From: an uncultured candidate division Zixibacteria bacterium
GTDB lineage: Bacteria > Zixibacteria > MSB-5A5 > UBA10806
Reading direction: 5' to 3'
Assembly: GCA_963801605.1 (NCBI GenBank)
Contig: CAWDFP010000006.1
Span: 672,001-736,000 of the forward strand
DNA: 64,000 nt
A program made the translations under genes and the position numbers. Numbering within the stretch: position 1 is the stretch's first letter; each line of letters starts with the position of its first letter. The notes below the pieces were generated by a model, which was given only the letters and a program-made list of their open reading frames with translations, made no database searches and was not told the origin of the DNA. Below are positions 1 through 10,302 of the stretch, piece by piece.

Positions 1-207
1 GGCATGGTAAATCTTCCTTTTTGCGGTGCTTCCGGGTTGGTTTACTGGAGCCTGGCCGGGGCGACTCTGGCTATAAAAGACCATAGGTTTTTTGACAATA
101 TAGATGGTTATCAAATTTTGAACAATACCGATAAAGATAATGACAATGTGATGCAACTTGAAACATGCGTAAACACGACAACAAGGGTAGACAATGATAC
201 GCAATAA
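1..207 (+). CDS. 3' end of a membrane protein, possibly O-antigen ligase/polymerase family (partial, runs off window)
   Basis: Frame is open from base 1. A hydrophobic C-terminal helix (GASGLVYWSLAGATLAI) is followed by a polar tail, and it overlaps the next GT start inside a polysaccharide locus. Confidence 0.4.
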   Translation, partial: GMVNLPFCGASGLVYWSLAGATLAIKDHRFFDNIDGYQILNNTDKDNDNVMQLETCVNTTTRVDNDTQ

Positions 208-1480
208 CTGCGGTCAACATGAAAAATATAACCCTATCCAAAAATTAAAACGCTTTTTCATCCCGGAGATCCCTCCCCCGGCACAATCGGCTGAGCTTTC
301 TCTTGAGAATAATCAAGGTCTTCGAGGCCAGGATATCGTTACCCTTTCCACTCAGGATTGGCGCGATCTCTGGACCAGAAAACAGCGTTTCATGCTGCAG
401 TTTGCTCGTCAGGGGAATAAGGTGCTTTACATGGAAACGCAATTTCATTGGTTAACTTATGTCAGAAGAATTAAACAGCAATGGCGTCGTATTTACCTGT
501 TCCTCCTGGGACCGCGAGAGGCAGAGCCGAATCTTTATATCGTTACTCCGCCGATCATTTTCCCGGCTTTCCAGATTTACCCGTCAATAGCGAAATTAAA
601 TAATTTCATTTTGGCGATTTATTTGCGGTCAGCCATGAAAAAAATAGGAATCAAGGAGCCGTTACTCTGGTTGTATACGCATTTTAATGAACCCCTTATC
701 AAGGGACTTGGCGCCAAGCGGGCTCTTTATGAATGTGTTGATGAATTCTCCGGCGCTAAAGGATTAGTTAATGCCAGGGTAGCCGGGGACCTGGAGCTTG
801 CTACACTCAGGGCTGTCGACGCCGCTATTGTTACCGCTCCTGGTCTAAAAAAATCCAAAATGGAGATTAACAGCAATATACACGTTGTCCCCAACGCTGC
901 CAATGTGGCGCATTTTGAGCGAGCGGCATCCGGCAATCTTCCCGAACCAAACGATCTAAAGCGGATTCCTCGACCCAGATTGGTATTCGTGGGCGCGATT
1001 GCATATTGGATCGATCTTGAGCTTCTTCGCTACGTTGCAAGACAACGGCCAAATTGGCAAGTAGTCATGGTAGGGCCAATTCATGTAAATATCTCCGGCT
1101 TGGATGGCTTACCCAATATTCATTTCGTCGGGCGAAAGCCTTATGAAATCCTTCCCAATTACCTCGCCTGGTGCGATATAGCTCTAAATCCATATAAACT
1201 CGATTCGATTTCTGAAAACTGTTCGCCTCTAAAGATTTATGAATATATGGCCGCGGGCATGCCAACAGTATCAACCGATATGCCGGAAGCCCGGCAATTT
1301 CCCGGATTGATAGGCGTGGCGAAGAATTATGATGATTTTATACACGAAGCTGAAAAGATTTTAAACCGAACGGATGAGGCTCAAAGATCATCTTCAATTT
1401 CCTGTCGGACCGAGGCCAGGAAGCATTCCTGGGAAATGAGATTCCTTGAGGTTGAAAGAATTACCGAGGGAGTATTATGA
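194..1480 (+). CDS. Glycosyltransferase, GT-B (TuaH/GumK-like)
   Basis: Motifs W.DLWTRKQ, YECVDEF, VVPNAA, FVGAIAYWID and PLKIYEYMAAGMPTVST. Confidence 0.88.
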   Translation: MIRNNCGQHEKYNPIQKLKRFFIPEIPPPAQSAELSLENNQGLRGQDIVTLSTQDWRDLWTRKQRFMLQFARQGNKVLYMETQFHWLTYVRRIKQQWRRIYLFLLGPREAEPNLYIVTPPIIFPAFQIYPSIAKLNNFILAIYLRSAMKKIGIKEPLLWLYTHFNEPLIKGLGAKRALYECVDEFSGAKGLVNARVAGDLELATLRAVDAAIVTAPGLKKSKMEINSNIHVVPNAANVAHFERAASGNLPEPNDLKRIPRPRLVFVGAIAYWIDLELLRYVARQRPNWQVVMVGPIHVNISGLDGLPNIHFVGRKPYEILPNYLAWCDIALNPYKLDSISENCSPLKIYEYMAAGMPTVSTDMPEARQFPGLIGVAKNYDDFIHEAEKILNRTDEAQRSSSISCRTEARKHSWEMRFLEVERITEGVL

Positions 1481-2691
1481 GAATCGCGATTAATGTGTTA
1501 CAAATAAAACGAGGCATTGGCCTTGTTCATCTAAATAAAATAATTGAATGGTTTGGAATCCTTGCCCCCAAAACCGAATTTATCCTGCTTGGTAAGCAAG
1601 GTCAGGAAAACCTGTTTGTTCCTTCCCCGGATAATTTTAAATATATTTTTTCCGAAATATCCGTCAAAAAGTTCGCGACCCACCTGCTCTGGGAGCGTAA
1701 TCAAATGCCGGAAATACTTAAGGAAATGAAACCCAATCTCCTTTTTGAGCCGGAAAACCGCACAACGCTTAAACCGCCCTGTCCCAGAGTAGCCCAGATT
1801 TATAACGTTGGACCATTCGATGATGATTTCCGCGACGGTGAGGGATTTCACTCTCGGATGAGACTTAATAATATGCAAAACGCGACAATTCAAAGTATCA
1901 AGGCGTCCACCGGAGCGATTTTTATATCCGAATACAGCCGCAGGGTCTTTTTTCAATTTATTAATCGGGCTCAAATAAATACTAAAGTTATTTATCACGG
2001 AAAACTCGAAAATTCTGAGAATTACCCCGACGATGGGGTGTTCACGAAATTCAATATTGACGGGCCCTATCTGCTATGTGTTTCAGATATCCGCCGCCAT
2101 AAGAAAATCATGGAACTGATAAAAAGCTATACCCTGGCGCTGACCAGGAGAGTCGACGTACCTCCGTTGGTCGTAGCCGGCGCTATTCGTTCCCATGAAT
2201 ATTTTACAGAAGTCCAAAAAATCATTGAGTGGTCGGGGCAAACCGAAAAAATTATTTTCACCGGACAACTCTCCCAACCAGAGGTGTTAGCCCTCTATCG
2301 AAACTGCCAGGCTTTTTTATTCCCATCTATTCTGGAAAGCTTCCCCGATATCCTTGTAGAAGCCCTATCCTCCGGTTGCGCCGTGGCTACCGCCAAGCGA
2401 GGGGTTATGTCGGAGATTGCCGGCAATGCCGCCCTCTATTTTGACCCCGATAATATCGAGGAATTTTCAACAAAAATCGTTGCCCTGATCAAAGATGATA
2501 CCCTCCGCTACAACCTCGGCCAAAAGGGCATTGAACGCGCCAAATTTTTCTCATGGGAAAAAACTGCCCGTCAGACGCTGGAATTCTTTAACGAAATCCT
2601 TAGAGCTAATTTACCAGGCTTATCGAAACCCGGTCAAAATGCCCCCTTACCATTTGATAAAAATGAACTGGTGAGAGCGCCAAAGTCTTGA
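1477..2691 (+). CDS. Glycosyltransferase family 4
   Basis: FLFPSILESFPDILVEALSSG (EX7E) and FSWEKTARQT; ATGA overlap with the upstream gene. Confidence 0.9.
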   Translation: MRIAINVLQIKRGIGLVHLNKIIEWFGILAPKTEFILLGKQGQENLFVPSPDNFKYIFSEISVKKFATHLLWERNQMPEILKEMKPNLLFEPENRTTLKPPCPRVAQIYNVGPFDDDFRDGEGFHSRMRLNNMQNATIQSIKASTGAIFISEYSRRVFFQFINRAQINTKVIYHGKLENSENYPDDGVFTKFNIDGPYLLCVSDIRRHKKIMELIKSYTLALTRRVDVPPLVVAGAIRSHEYFTEVQKIIEWSGQTEKIIFTGQLSQPEVLALYRNCQAFLFPSILESFPDILVEALSSGCAVATAKRGVMSEIAGNAALYFDPDNIEEFSTKIVALIKDDTLRYNLGQKGIERAKFFSWEKTARQTLEFFNEILRANLPGLSKPGQNAPLPFDKNELVRAPKS

Positions 2692-2769
2692 ACACATGAT
2701 GAGACTATTGATGAAATATAAAAAGAAAAATACCAACCAACGAATTGGAATGATCACAACAGGTGTGAA

Positions 2770-4119
2770 ATGCGTTCGTTAGGGAATTTGACACGATTGG
2801 CTCGATCCGGATATGTATTTGCCCATACTTATAATCTTTTGGGCAAATCGCAGTATTGGACAACAGAACAATTGCGAGGATATCAACTTCGGCAGCTCAA
2901 GAAGCTGATACATTATTCTTATAATAATATCCCCTTTTATAAAGAACTCTGGACTCGCGCCAGGTTTAGCCCGAACGATCTCAAAACCCTTGACGATATT
3001 AAGCGTATCCCCTTCACAACAAAAGAAAGCATTCGGGAGTGCGCATCCAGGCAAAAAATACAATATCTCAAAGCCACGGGAATCAAATATGTGACAACGG
3101 GCGGGTCCGCAGGGATTCCATTAGGATTTTTCGAGGAAGAGCATACTGCCATGGCCAGAGAAATGGCTTTCATCTATCGTCTTTGGGAAAGAGCCGGATA
3201 TAGAATTGGTGATAAAAGAATTGTCCTGCGAGCGAAATTAATCAGCGGCGCGAAGTTCGGCCAGTTTGGGCATCATATTCCGCTCCGGAGAGAGCTAAGG
3301 CTTTCATCAAATTACATGACCGATGAAAATCTGACAACTTACTTAAAAATGATCAATGATTATCGAGCTCCTTTCATGCACGCTTTTCCATCGACGATTA
3401 CGATTCTCGCCGATTACATGAAACGCAACGGAATTGCCCCATTTCCGTTTTTAAGAGGCATATTGGTTGGCTCCGAAAACTTGTATGAATGGCAAAAGGA
3501 ATTAATCGAAAATATTTTTCAATGCCGAGTTTATAGCTGGTACGGCCATAGCGAGAAAGCAGCGCTGGCCGGTCAATGCGAAAAACATAACCATTATCAT
3601 ATTTTCCCGGAATATGGTGTTACGGAATTAATTAATGAATGCGGCAATGCGATCAATGAGAAGGGGAAATCAGGGGAAATCGTTGCCACCGGTTTCAATA
3701 ATTACGTAACCCCTTTTATAAGATACCGGACGATGGATTTTGGCATCTACGGCGATTCGCAGTGTTCATGCGGCCGGAATTATCCCATTCTCGAAAAGAT
3801 TGTCGGCCGGTTACAGGAATTGCTGGTCTCCGACGATAACCGGCTCATTCCGATTTCGGCTCTCAACGTGCATAGCGATATATTCGATAGCATTCGTCAA
3901 TTTCAATTCTATCAGGAAAAAAAGGGCGAAGTCGATTTAAATCTCGTTCGAGCCGGATCGTTTTCGGACCAGGACGGAATTCGCATCAAAGCGGAAATAA
4001 GCGAAAAATTGGGCGCTAATATGCGGTTAAATCTTAATTACCGAGATGAGATCCAGCCTACAAGCTCAGGTAAATATCGTCTGCTTATTCAAAAGCTGCC
4101 GGTGAAATATAATGATTAA
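2770..4119 (+). CDS. Phenylacetate-CoA ligase-like adenylate-forming enzyme (CapK-like)
   Basis: TTGGSAGIPL P-loop, YGHSE, PFIRYRTMD and SSGKYR; polysaccharide-locus context. Confidence 0.85.
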   Translation: MRSLGNLTRLARSGYVFAHTYNLLGKSQYWTTEQLRGYQLRQLKKLIHYSYNNIPFYKELWTRARFSPNDLKTLDDIKRIPFTTKESIRECASRQKIQYLKATGIKYVTTGGSAGIPLGFFEEEHTAMAREMAFIYRLWERAGYRIGDKRIVLRAKLISGAKFGQFGHHIPLRRELRLSSNYMTDENLTTYLKMINDYRAPFMHAFPSTITILADYMKRNGIAPFPFLRGILVGSENLYEWQKELIENIFQCRVYSWYGHSEKAALAGQCEKHNHYHIFPEYGVTELINECGNAINEKGKSGEIVATGFNNYVTPFIRYRTMDFGIYGDSQCSCGRNYPILEKIVGRLQELLVSDDNRLIPISALNVHSDIFDSIRQFQFYQEKKGEVDLNLVRAGSFSDQDGIRIKAEISEKLGANMRLNLNYRDEIQPTSSGKYRLLIQKLPVKYND

Positions 4120-5353
4120 ATTCAAACAAAGAATTATTACCAAGGATAAACTGAGGATAGCCATTAAAGCCGTCCAGATAACCACGGGCGGCGGCCTGAC
4201 TCATCTTACTAAAATCATCGAGTGGTTCGGAAAGCTGGCGCCTGAGACCGAATTTGTTCTTCTATGTAAAAAAGGTCAGGAAAAACTTTTTGGCCCGCCG
4301 CCGGATAATTTCAAATATAATTTTTACACGCTGCCCGGCCTTAATCTTCCAGCCCAACTTTTCTGGGAACGAAATATACTGCCGGGAATTTTAACGAATA
4401 TTAAGGCCAATCTACTTTTTGAGCCGGGGAATCGCGGATCATTGAGATCGCCAGTTCCGAAAGTATCGCTCATTCATAATGTCGCGCCGTTTGAAAATCA
4501 ATTGCAGTTAACGGATTCCCTGTATAAAAAGATCCGCCTCTCATTTCTTAAACAAGCTTCCATCTCGAGCATGAAAAGATCACAGGGGATAATTTTTATT
4601 TCAAATTCAAGTCGAAATGTGATTTCCAGACATTTCGATTTAACATCGATTAAAAATACCGTTATTTACCACGGCAAAATGGAAAATGGCCACAGTGAGA
4701 ACGATATCCAATCCCTGCCAAAATTACCTCGGAGATACCTGTTATGCGTATCACATATCTATCGATATAAAAAAATAAATGAGATGGTGCAGGCTTATTA
4801 TCGTGCCCGAAACTTAAATCCCGATATCCCGCCTTTGCTTATAGCTGGCTCCAACTATGCGCCTCGATATATGCAGGAAATTGCTGCGGTAATAAACAAA
4901 TCAGGAGAATCTGATTCTATCCGATTTATTGGCAATATTCCTGAATCGGAGTTACAGGCATTATATCAAAATTGCGAAGCCTTCATATTTCCGTCGGCGT
5001 TGGAGGCCTGCCCCAATATTTTGATCGAGGCTTTATCTTGCGGATGTGCTATCGGCTGCTCCGATAGGAGCGTAATGCCGGAAATCGCTGATGAGGCCGC
5101 CTTATATTTTAATCCTGATAACATTGATGATTTCGCAAGCAAGATAGTGTCACTCGTTTCGAATAAAAAGCTACGAGAACAATTGTCAAGAAAGGCTATC
5201 GAGCGCGCCCAATATTTTTCCTGGGAGAAGACGGCTCGCCAGACCCTCGATTTCTTTAACGAAGTTCTCGGGATTTCCAATATAAACACATCTAAAACAT
5301 CAACGAAGTTAACGAGAAAACCGGAAACGGTTTGCTCTTTTAATGACAAGTAA
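4112..5353 (+). CDS. Glycosyltransferase family 4, paralog of 1477..2691
   Basis: FIFPSALEACPNILIEALSCG; the N-terminus KIIEWFG.LAP.TEF.LL.K.GQE.LF is shared with the upstream GT. Confidence 0.9.
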   Translation: MIKFKQRIITKDKLRIAIKAVQITTGGGLTHLTKIIEWFGKLAPETEFVLLCKKGQEKLFGPPPDNFKYNFYTLPGLNLPAQLFWERNILPGILTNIKANLLFEPGNRGSLRSPVPKVSLIHNVAPFENQLQLTDSLYKKIRLSFLKQASISSMKRSQGIIFISNSSRNVISRHFDLTSIKNTVIYHGKMENGHSENDIQSLPKLPRRYLLCVSHIYRYKKINEMVQAYYRARNLNPDIPPLLIAGSNYAPRYMQEIAAVINKSGESDSIRFIGNIPESELQALYQNCEAFIFPSALEACPNILIEALSCGCAIGCSDRSVMPEIADEAALYFNPDNIDDFASKIVSLVSNKKLREQLSRKAIERAQYFSWEKTARQTLDFFNEVLGISNINTSKTSTKLTRKPETVCSFNDK

Positions 5354-5379
5354 TCGATTCTAAACATACTGAGGGTCAC

Positions 5380-7536
5380 ATGAAACAACTATTGCAATAC
5401 AACAAGGAAAAGGGCCCGCGGGTGACGAACATACCATCCCCGCAGATCAAGGGACCTGGGCTGCTGGTTTCAAATCGCAGTTCGCTCATTTCTGTAGGTA
5501 CCGAACGTCAGATGATCGAAATATCGCAGATGTCCCTGGTGGGAAAAGCCCGTCAACGGCCTGATATGGTCAAACAGGTTATTTCCAAGATGAAAACCGA
5601 GGGTATTGTCTCCACTTATAACAAGGTTATGGGACGGCTTAGTACGCCCACCGCGCTTGGTTATAGTTCAGCCGGGGTTGTCGAGGAGACTCATCGCGCA
5701 GTTGAAAAATGGACAAAGGGCGACCGCGCCGCCTGCGCCGGATTTGGATATGCTTGCCACTCCGAGAAGATTTTTGTGCCGACAAATTTGGCTGTTAAAA
5801 TTCCGGATAACGTTTCTTTTGAGGAAGCCAGTTTTGTGACTCTGGGCGCTATTGCGATGCAAGGAGTGCGGCAGGCAGATATCAGGTTAGGGGAGACGGT
5901 GGTTGTAATCGGATTGGGCTTGCTGGGCCAGATAACCTGCATGCTTCTTTCGGCGGCCGGTTGCCGCGTATTAGGAATCGATATAGACCGCGACAAAGTA
6001 GCCTTGGCGCACAAATTGGGCGCCGAACAGGCATTCCTTGCCGATGGCCTCGAAACCACTGCCGTCGCAAATGCCACTGCAGGCAGAGGAGCTGATGCAG
6101 TCATAATTACAGCCGCTTCAAATTCCGCCGGGCCAATAGAGTCTGCCGGTCAAATTTCGCGCGACCGGGGTAGAGTGGTAGCTGTTGGTCTGGTGAAGCT
6201 CGATGTGCCCAGAAAGATTTTCTACGATAAGGAATTGGAATTACGGCTCTCGCGCTCTTATGGCCCCGGCCGATATGATTATAGCTATGAGGAAGCTGGA
6301 CGCGACTACCCCTTCAGCTATGTGCGCTGGACAGAGAACCGCAACATGGAATCATTCCTGCAATTGATTTCGTCAGGTAAGATAAATATCAAGGAGCTTA
6401 TCACTCATCGGTTTGATATTGAAGATGCCCCGAAAGCGTACGATATGATCGCCGGGAAAACCGATGAAAAATTCCTGGGCGTAATACTTAATTATAAAGA
6501 AACTCCATCAGAACGTAAACCTTATGATACGGCATCTTTAAAACCGCAAAAGCTATCCAAGGTTGCTATTGGTTTCGTAGGAGCGGGAAACTTTGCATCG
6601 GGAGTGCTTCTTCCCAATATTTCTCAGATTAAAGAATATGAATGCGCAGCCATTATGTCCGGCAGCGGTGTAAGTGCGGCAAGCTCTAAAGAAAGATTTG
6701 GCTTTGAGAAAACCGTGGAATCATTTTCCGAGATCGTAAACTATCCCGGTATAGAAGCTGTCTTCATCGCCAATCGACATGATCAGCATGCCTCGAATGT
6801 GATTGAAGCCTTATCCAGGAAAAAGGCAACATTCGTAGAGAAGCCGCTTTGCCTTAATCGCGAGGAGTTGGAGCAGATAATTCTAACGAAGCAATCATCC
6901 GGTTCAGCGCTTATGGTGGGGTTCAACCGACGATTCGCACCCTTCGTCGAAAAGATCAAAGATGCTCTTTCTGATCGTCACTACCCGCTTTCGATGCACT
7001 ATCGCATCAATGCCGGATTTATTCCGTCGGGTACCTGGATTCAGGATGCTGAGTCGGGCGGCGGACGAATTATCGGCGAAGTCTGTCATTTTGTCGATCT
7101 ACTTTCTTTTATAACAGACGCCAGGCCAGTGAAAATATCGGCCGAATCTCTTTCGATGCCCGATAACCGATACCGTTCCGACGATAATCTTCAGATCACT
7201 ATTCGCTTTTCCGACGGTTCGGTGGGGACAATCAATTATGTCGCCAGTGGTAATAAAGCGGCCTCAAAGGAGTATTTGGAGATATTCGGAAACGGGCAGG
7301 CTATCATGATGGATGACTTTAAAACTCTGACCATCATAAACGAGGGCGGTAAGACAAGCCATTATAAAAACGCCCAGGATAAAGGGCATCGTAAAATGCT
7401 TGAAGCTTTTTCGGAGCATCTCCTGGAGGGGAAAGGATCACCGATTCCATTTGAGCATATAGTCGATTCTACTCAAGCTACCTTTTGCATACTCGATTCC
7501 CTTTCTACAGGAGAGCAGCAATGGATGATCGTCTGA
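5380..7536 (+). CDS. Bi-domain oxidoreductase (MDR/Zn-ADH-like plus Gfo/Idh/MocA)
   Basis: SLISVGTE, GLGLLG, SRSYGPGRYD..YEE.G.DYP, then GFVGAGNF, FVEKP, VGFNRRF and GGRIIGEVCHF. Confidence 0.9.
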   Translation: MKQLLQYNKEKGPRVTNIPSPQIKGPGLLVSNRSSLISVGTERQMIEISQMSLVGKARQRPDMVKQVISKMKTEGIVSTYNKVMGRLSTPTALGYSSAGVVEETHRAVEKWTKGDRAACAGFGYACHSEKIFVPTNLAVKIPDNVSFEEASFVTLGAIAMQGVRQADIRLGETVVVIGLGLLGQITCMLLSAAGCRVLGIDIDRDKVALAHKLGAEQAFLADGLETTAVANATAGRGADAVIITAASNSAGPIESAGQISRDRGRVVAVGLVKLDVPRKIFYDKELELRLSRSYGPGRYDYSYEEAGRDYPFSYVRWTENRNMESFLQLISSGKINIKELITHRFDIEDAPKAYDMIAGKTDEKFLGVILNYKETPSERKPYDTASLKPQKLSKVAIGFVGAGNFASGVLLPNISQIKEYECAAIMSGSGVSAASSKERFGFEKTVESFSEIVNYPGIEAVFIANRHDQHASNVIEALSRKKATFVEKPLCLNREELEQIILTKQSSGSALMVGFNRRFAPFVEKIKDALSDRHYPLSMHYRINAGFIPSGTWIQDAESGGGRIIGEVCHFVDLLSFITDARPVKISAESLSMPDNRYRSDDNLQITIRFSDGSVGTINYVASGNKAASKEYLEIFGNGQAIMMDDFKTLTIINEGGKTSHYKNAQDKGHRKMLEAFSEHLLEGKGSPIPFEHIVDSTQATFCILDSLSTGEQQWMIV

Positions 7537-8846
7537 AAATTTTATACATCTCCCATTACTTTCCGCCCGAGGTCAATGCTCCAGCGGTGCGGGTCTCCGA
7601 AATGGCCCAACGCTGGACGGATTCCGGCGCCGATGTTACAGTCCTGACTTGTTTCCCAAATCATCCCACAGGTATTATCCCGGAGGAATACCGCGGATTG
7701 CTTCGTTCGCAGGAAAAGCGCGGCGCAATAAATGTCGTCAGAACTTATGTCTATGCCGCCGCCAATAAGGGATTTTTAAAACGAGTAATTAATTTTCTGT
7801 CCTTTATGCTCTCGGCAATATTTTTAGGCACTCCTTGCGTAGGTAAACCGGATATAATGATTGCTACGTCGCCGCAATTTTTCGTGGCGGTTGCTGGGTA
7901 TGTGATCAGCCGCTTGAAACGATGTAAGTTTGTCTTCGAGATTCGCGACCTCTGGCCTGAGGAGATTGTGGCGGTTGGCGCTATAAAAAATAAGCTTGTC
8001 ATAAAGTTTCTAGAAACGATTGAAATGTTCCTCTACCGCAAAGCCGATCTCATCGTGGCGGTGGCGGAAGGAACAATAGATATCCTAAAAGAGCGGGGCA
8101 TTCCGGCTTCCAAAATGGCTTTGGTGCCTAACGGCGTCGATATTGATCTTTTCAGCCGCTGTGCCGGAGGAGAGAATGTCCGTCGCGAACTGGGCCTGGA
8201 TACTGAATTTGTGGCCGGCTATATCGGTACTCACGGTATGGCTCACAAGCTTGGCACGGTACTTGATGCCGCCAATCTTTTGAAAGAACACAAAGATATC
8301 CGTTTCCTCTTTGTCGGCGACGGAGCCGACAAGAAGAACCTGGAAAAACAGGCAAAGGACATGGGCCTCGATAATGTTATTTTCCATCCCCAAATCCCAA
8401 GATCGCGGGTCGCGGATTTTTACGCAGCCTGTAATACCTGTCTGGTGCCCTTGAGAAAGGCTGACCTTTTTACCAAGAATATTCCCAGCAAAATCTATGA
8501 AATTATGGCCTCGCGCCGCCCGATAATTATTTCCACTGAAGGCGAGTCTCGCCGACTGGTGGAGTTATCCGGCGCCGGCCTGGGTTCGCGCCCGGAAGAT
8601 CCGCAGGGTATAGCCGAAAAGATCCAATATCTGCGAGACAATAACGATATTTGTCTCGAAATGGGCGAGAGCGGATATTCTTTTGCGCTTGCCAATTCTT
8701 CCAGATCTCGCTTGGCCGACTATTACCTGGAACTGCTAAAAAAGAATGTTGGAAAAGGGACGATAACAACTCAGATTAATAGTAATCAAATTGAGATAAA
8801 AGTCGAAAATATTAATAGGAAGAAGAGAGAAAGCGTAACTGCGTAA
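7521..8846 (+). CDS. Glycosyltransferase family 4 (WbuB-like)
   Basis: SHYFPPE..A, FPNHPTG, ATSPQFF, FEIRDLWPE and IPSKIYE.MA. ATG at 7521 follows an AGGAG RBS. Confidence 0.9.
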   Translation: MDDRLKILYISHYFPPEVNAPAVRVSEMAQRWTDSGADVTVLTCFPNHPTGIIPEEYRGLLRSQEKRGAINVVRTYVYAAANKGFLKRVINFLSFMLSAIFLGTPCVGKPDIMIATSPQFFVAVAGYVISRLKRCKFVFEIRDLWPEEIVAVGAIKNKLVIKFLETIEMFLYRKADLIVAVAEGTIDILKERGIPASKMALVPNGVDIDLFSRCAGGENVRRELGLDTEFVAGYIGTHGMAHKLGTVLDAANLLKEHKDIRFLFVGDGADKKNLEKQAKDMGLDNVIFHPQIPRSRVADFYAACNTCLVPLRKADLFTKNIPSKIYEIMASRRPIIISTEGESRRLVELSGAGLGSRPEDPQGIAEKIQYLRDNNDICLEMGESGYSFALANSSRSRLADYYLELLKKNVGKGTITTQINSNQIEIKVENINRKKRESVTA

Positions 8847-8880
8847 TTTATTCGAGTAACGTTATTTGAAGGAGGGAGCG

Positions 8881-10287
8881 ATGCTGCGGGAAAACCTGCG
8901 CATCTTCAGAAAACTGGTCTATGCGGCCGATTTATGCTTGATGGCTCTGGCCTACGAGATAGCCGTATTTATCGATAATGCGAGATTTGGCATATCTACC
9001 AGGGTTTCAATGATTGATGACCTTTTTATTCTGGCAGTCGTTATCTGGGGCTTGACCTTATGGTATCAACCAAAATGTTATGTGTTTCGACTTCGCAAGT
9101 TAAGCGACATTATGATTTCATCGCTTCGAGCCTCGGCCATAGCTTCAGGTATTTTTCTGGCTGTTATCTATGCTATAGGATATCTGGCCGAAAGCAGGTT
9201 GCAGATACTTCTCTTTATTACCATTAGCGCAGCCTTGTTTTTAAGTCTCAGGGTAGCAATCGCCATTCTTCTTTACTTCTACAGGGCGCGGGGGTATAAC
9301 TATCAGACTGTCCTTATTATTGGCACGGGCAATACCGCCAAAGGATTTGCCGATAAAATTCTGAACAATATCCAGTATGGACTCAAAATTTTGGGCTTTC
9401 TTGATTGGGAGAAGCGTCCGGAGCTTTGGCGTTATCGAGATATTCCGTGTATCGGATATCTTGCAGATTTATCTGATATTTTAAAGAAAAAGCAGGTTGA
9501 TTTTGTAGTCTTTGCAGTGGGCAAAAAATATCTTGGCACAATAGAAAAAAGCATGCGCCTGTGTGAGGAAATGGGTGTACGGGTATCTGTCCTGGTGGAT
9601 TTTTTCCCGACCACAATATCTACACGCAGGATTGATTCTTTCTTCGGTTCTCCGATGATTAGCTACGATCCTGCTCCCGGACTCGATCTTCCAATGATCT
9701 TTAAGAATCTTCTTGATAGATTCCTGGCTGCTTTAGGCTTGATCCTTGCTTCGCCGGTGATGATAGCCGCTGCGATCGCGGTTAAATTAACCTCACCCGG
9801 ACCGGCAGTATTTAAGCAACCCAGATGCGGCCTTAACGGCAGAAAATTCAAACTCTATAAGTTCCGTACTATGGTTCAAAATGCCGAGAAGCTTAAAAAC
9901 GATCTTATGAAATTTAACGAAGTCGATGGCGCCGCTTTCAAGATGAAAAACGATCCCCGCATTACTAAAGTGGGAAAATTTCTTCGTAAAACCTCAATCG
10001 ATGAACTGCCGCAATTTTTAAATATTCTAAAAGGCGAAATGTCATTTGTGGGGCCGCGCCCGCCACTGGCCGATGAGGTAATAAATTACGATCTCTGGCA
10101 ACGTCGCAAACTTTCCATGAAACCGGGGCTTACCTGCCTCTGGCAAATCAGCGGACGGTCTGATGTCTCCTTTGAACAGTGGATGAAACTCGATCTCGAA
10201 TATATAGATCACTGGTCGCTATGGCGGGATGCTCAAATTTTAGCTCGAACAGTACCCGCTGTTCTTAAAGGCACGGGAGCCAGATAA
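8881..10287 (+). CDS. Initiating undecaprenyl-phosphate phosphoglycosyl transferase (large monoPGT, WcaJ/WbaP-like)
   Basis: Four N-terminal TM helices, VLIIGTG, KFRTM, DPRIT, SIDELPQF, GEMSFVGPRP and KPGLT. AGGAGG RBS. Confidence 0.93.
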   Translation: MLRENLRIFRKLVYAADLCLMALAYEIAVFIDNARFGISTRVSMIDDLFILAVVIWGLTLWYQPKCYVFRLRKLSDIMISSLRASAIASGIFLAVIYAIGYLAESRLQILLFITISAALFLSLRVAIAILLYFYRARGYNYQTVLIIGTGNTAKGFADKILNNIQYGLKILGFLDWEKRPELWRYRDIPCIGYLADLSDILKKKQVDFVVFAVGKKYLGTIEKSMRLCEEMGVRVSVLVDFFPTTISTRRIDSFFGSPMISYDPAPGLDLPMIFKNLLDRFLAALGLILASPVMIAAAIAVKLTSPGPAVFKQPRCGLNGRKFKLYKFRTMVQNAEKLKNDLMKFNEVDGAAFKMKNDPRITKVGKFLRKTSIDELPQFLNILKGEMSFVGPRPPLADEVINYDLWQRRKLSMKPGLTCLWQISGRSDVSFEQWMKLDLEYIDHWSLWRDAQILARTVPAVLKGTGAR

Positions 10288-10302
10288 AAAGGGGCTGGTA
10301 AG

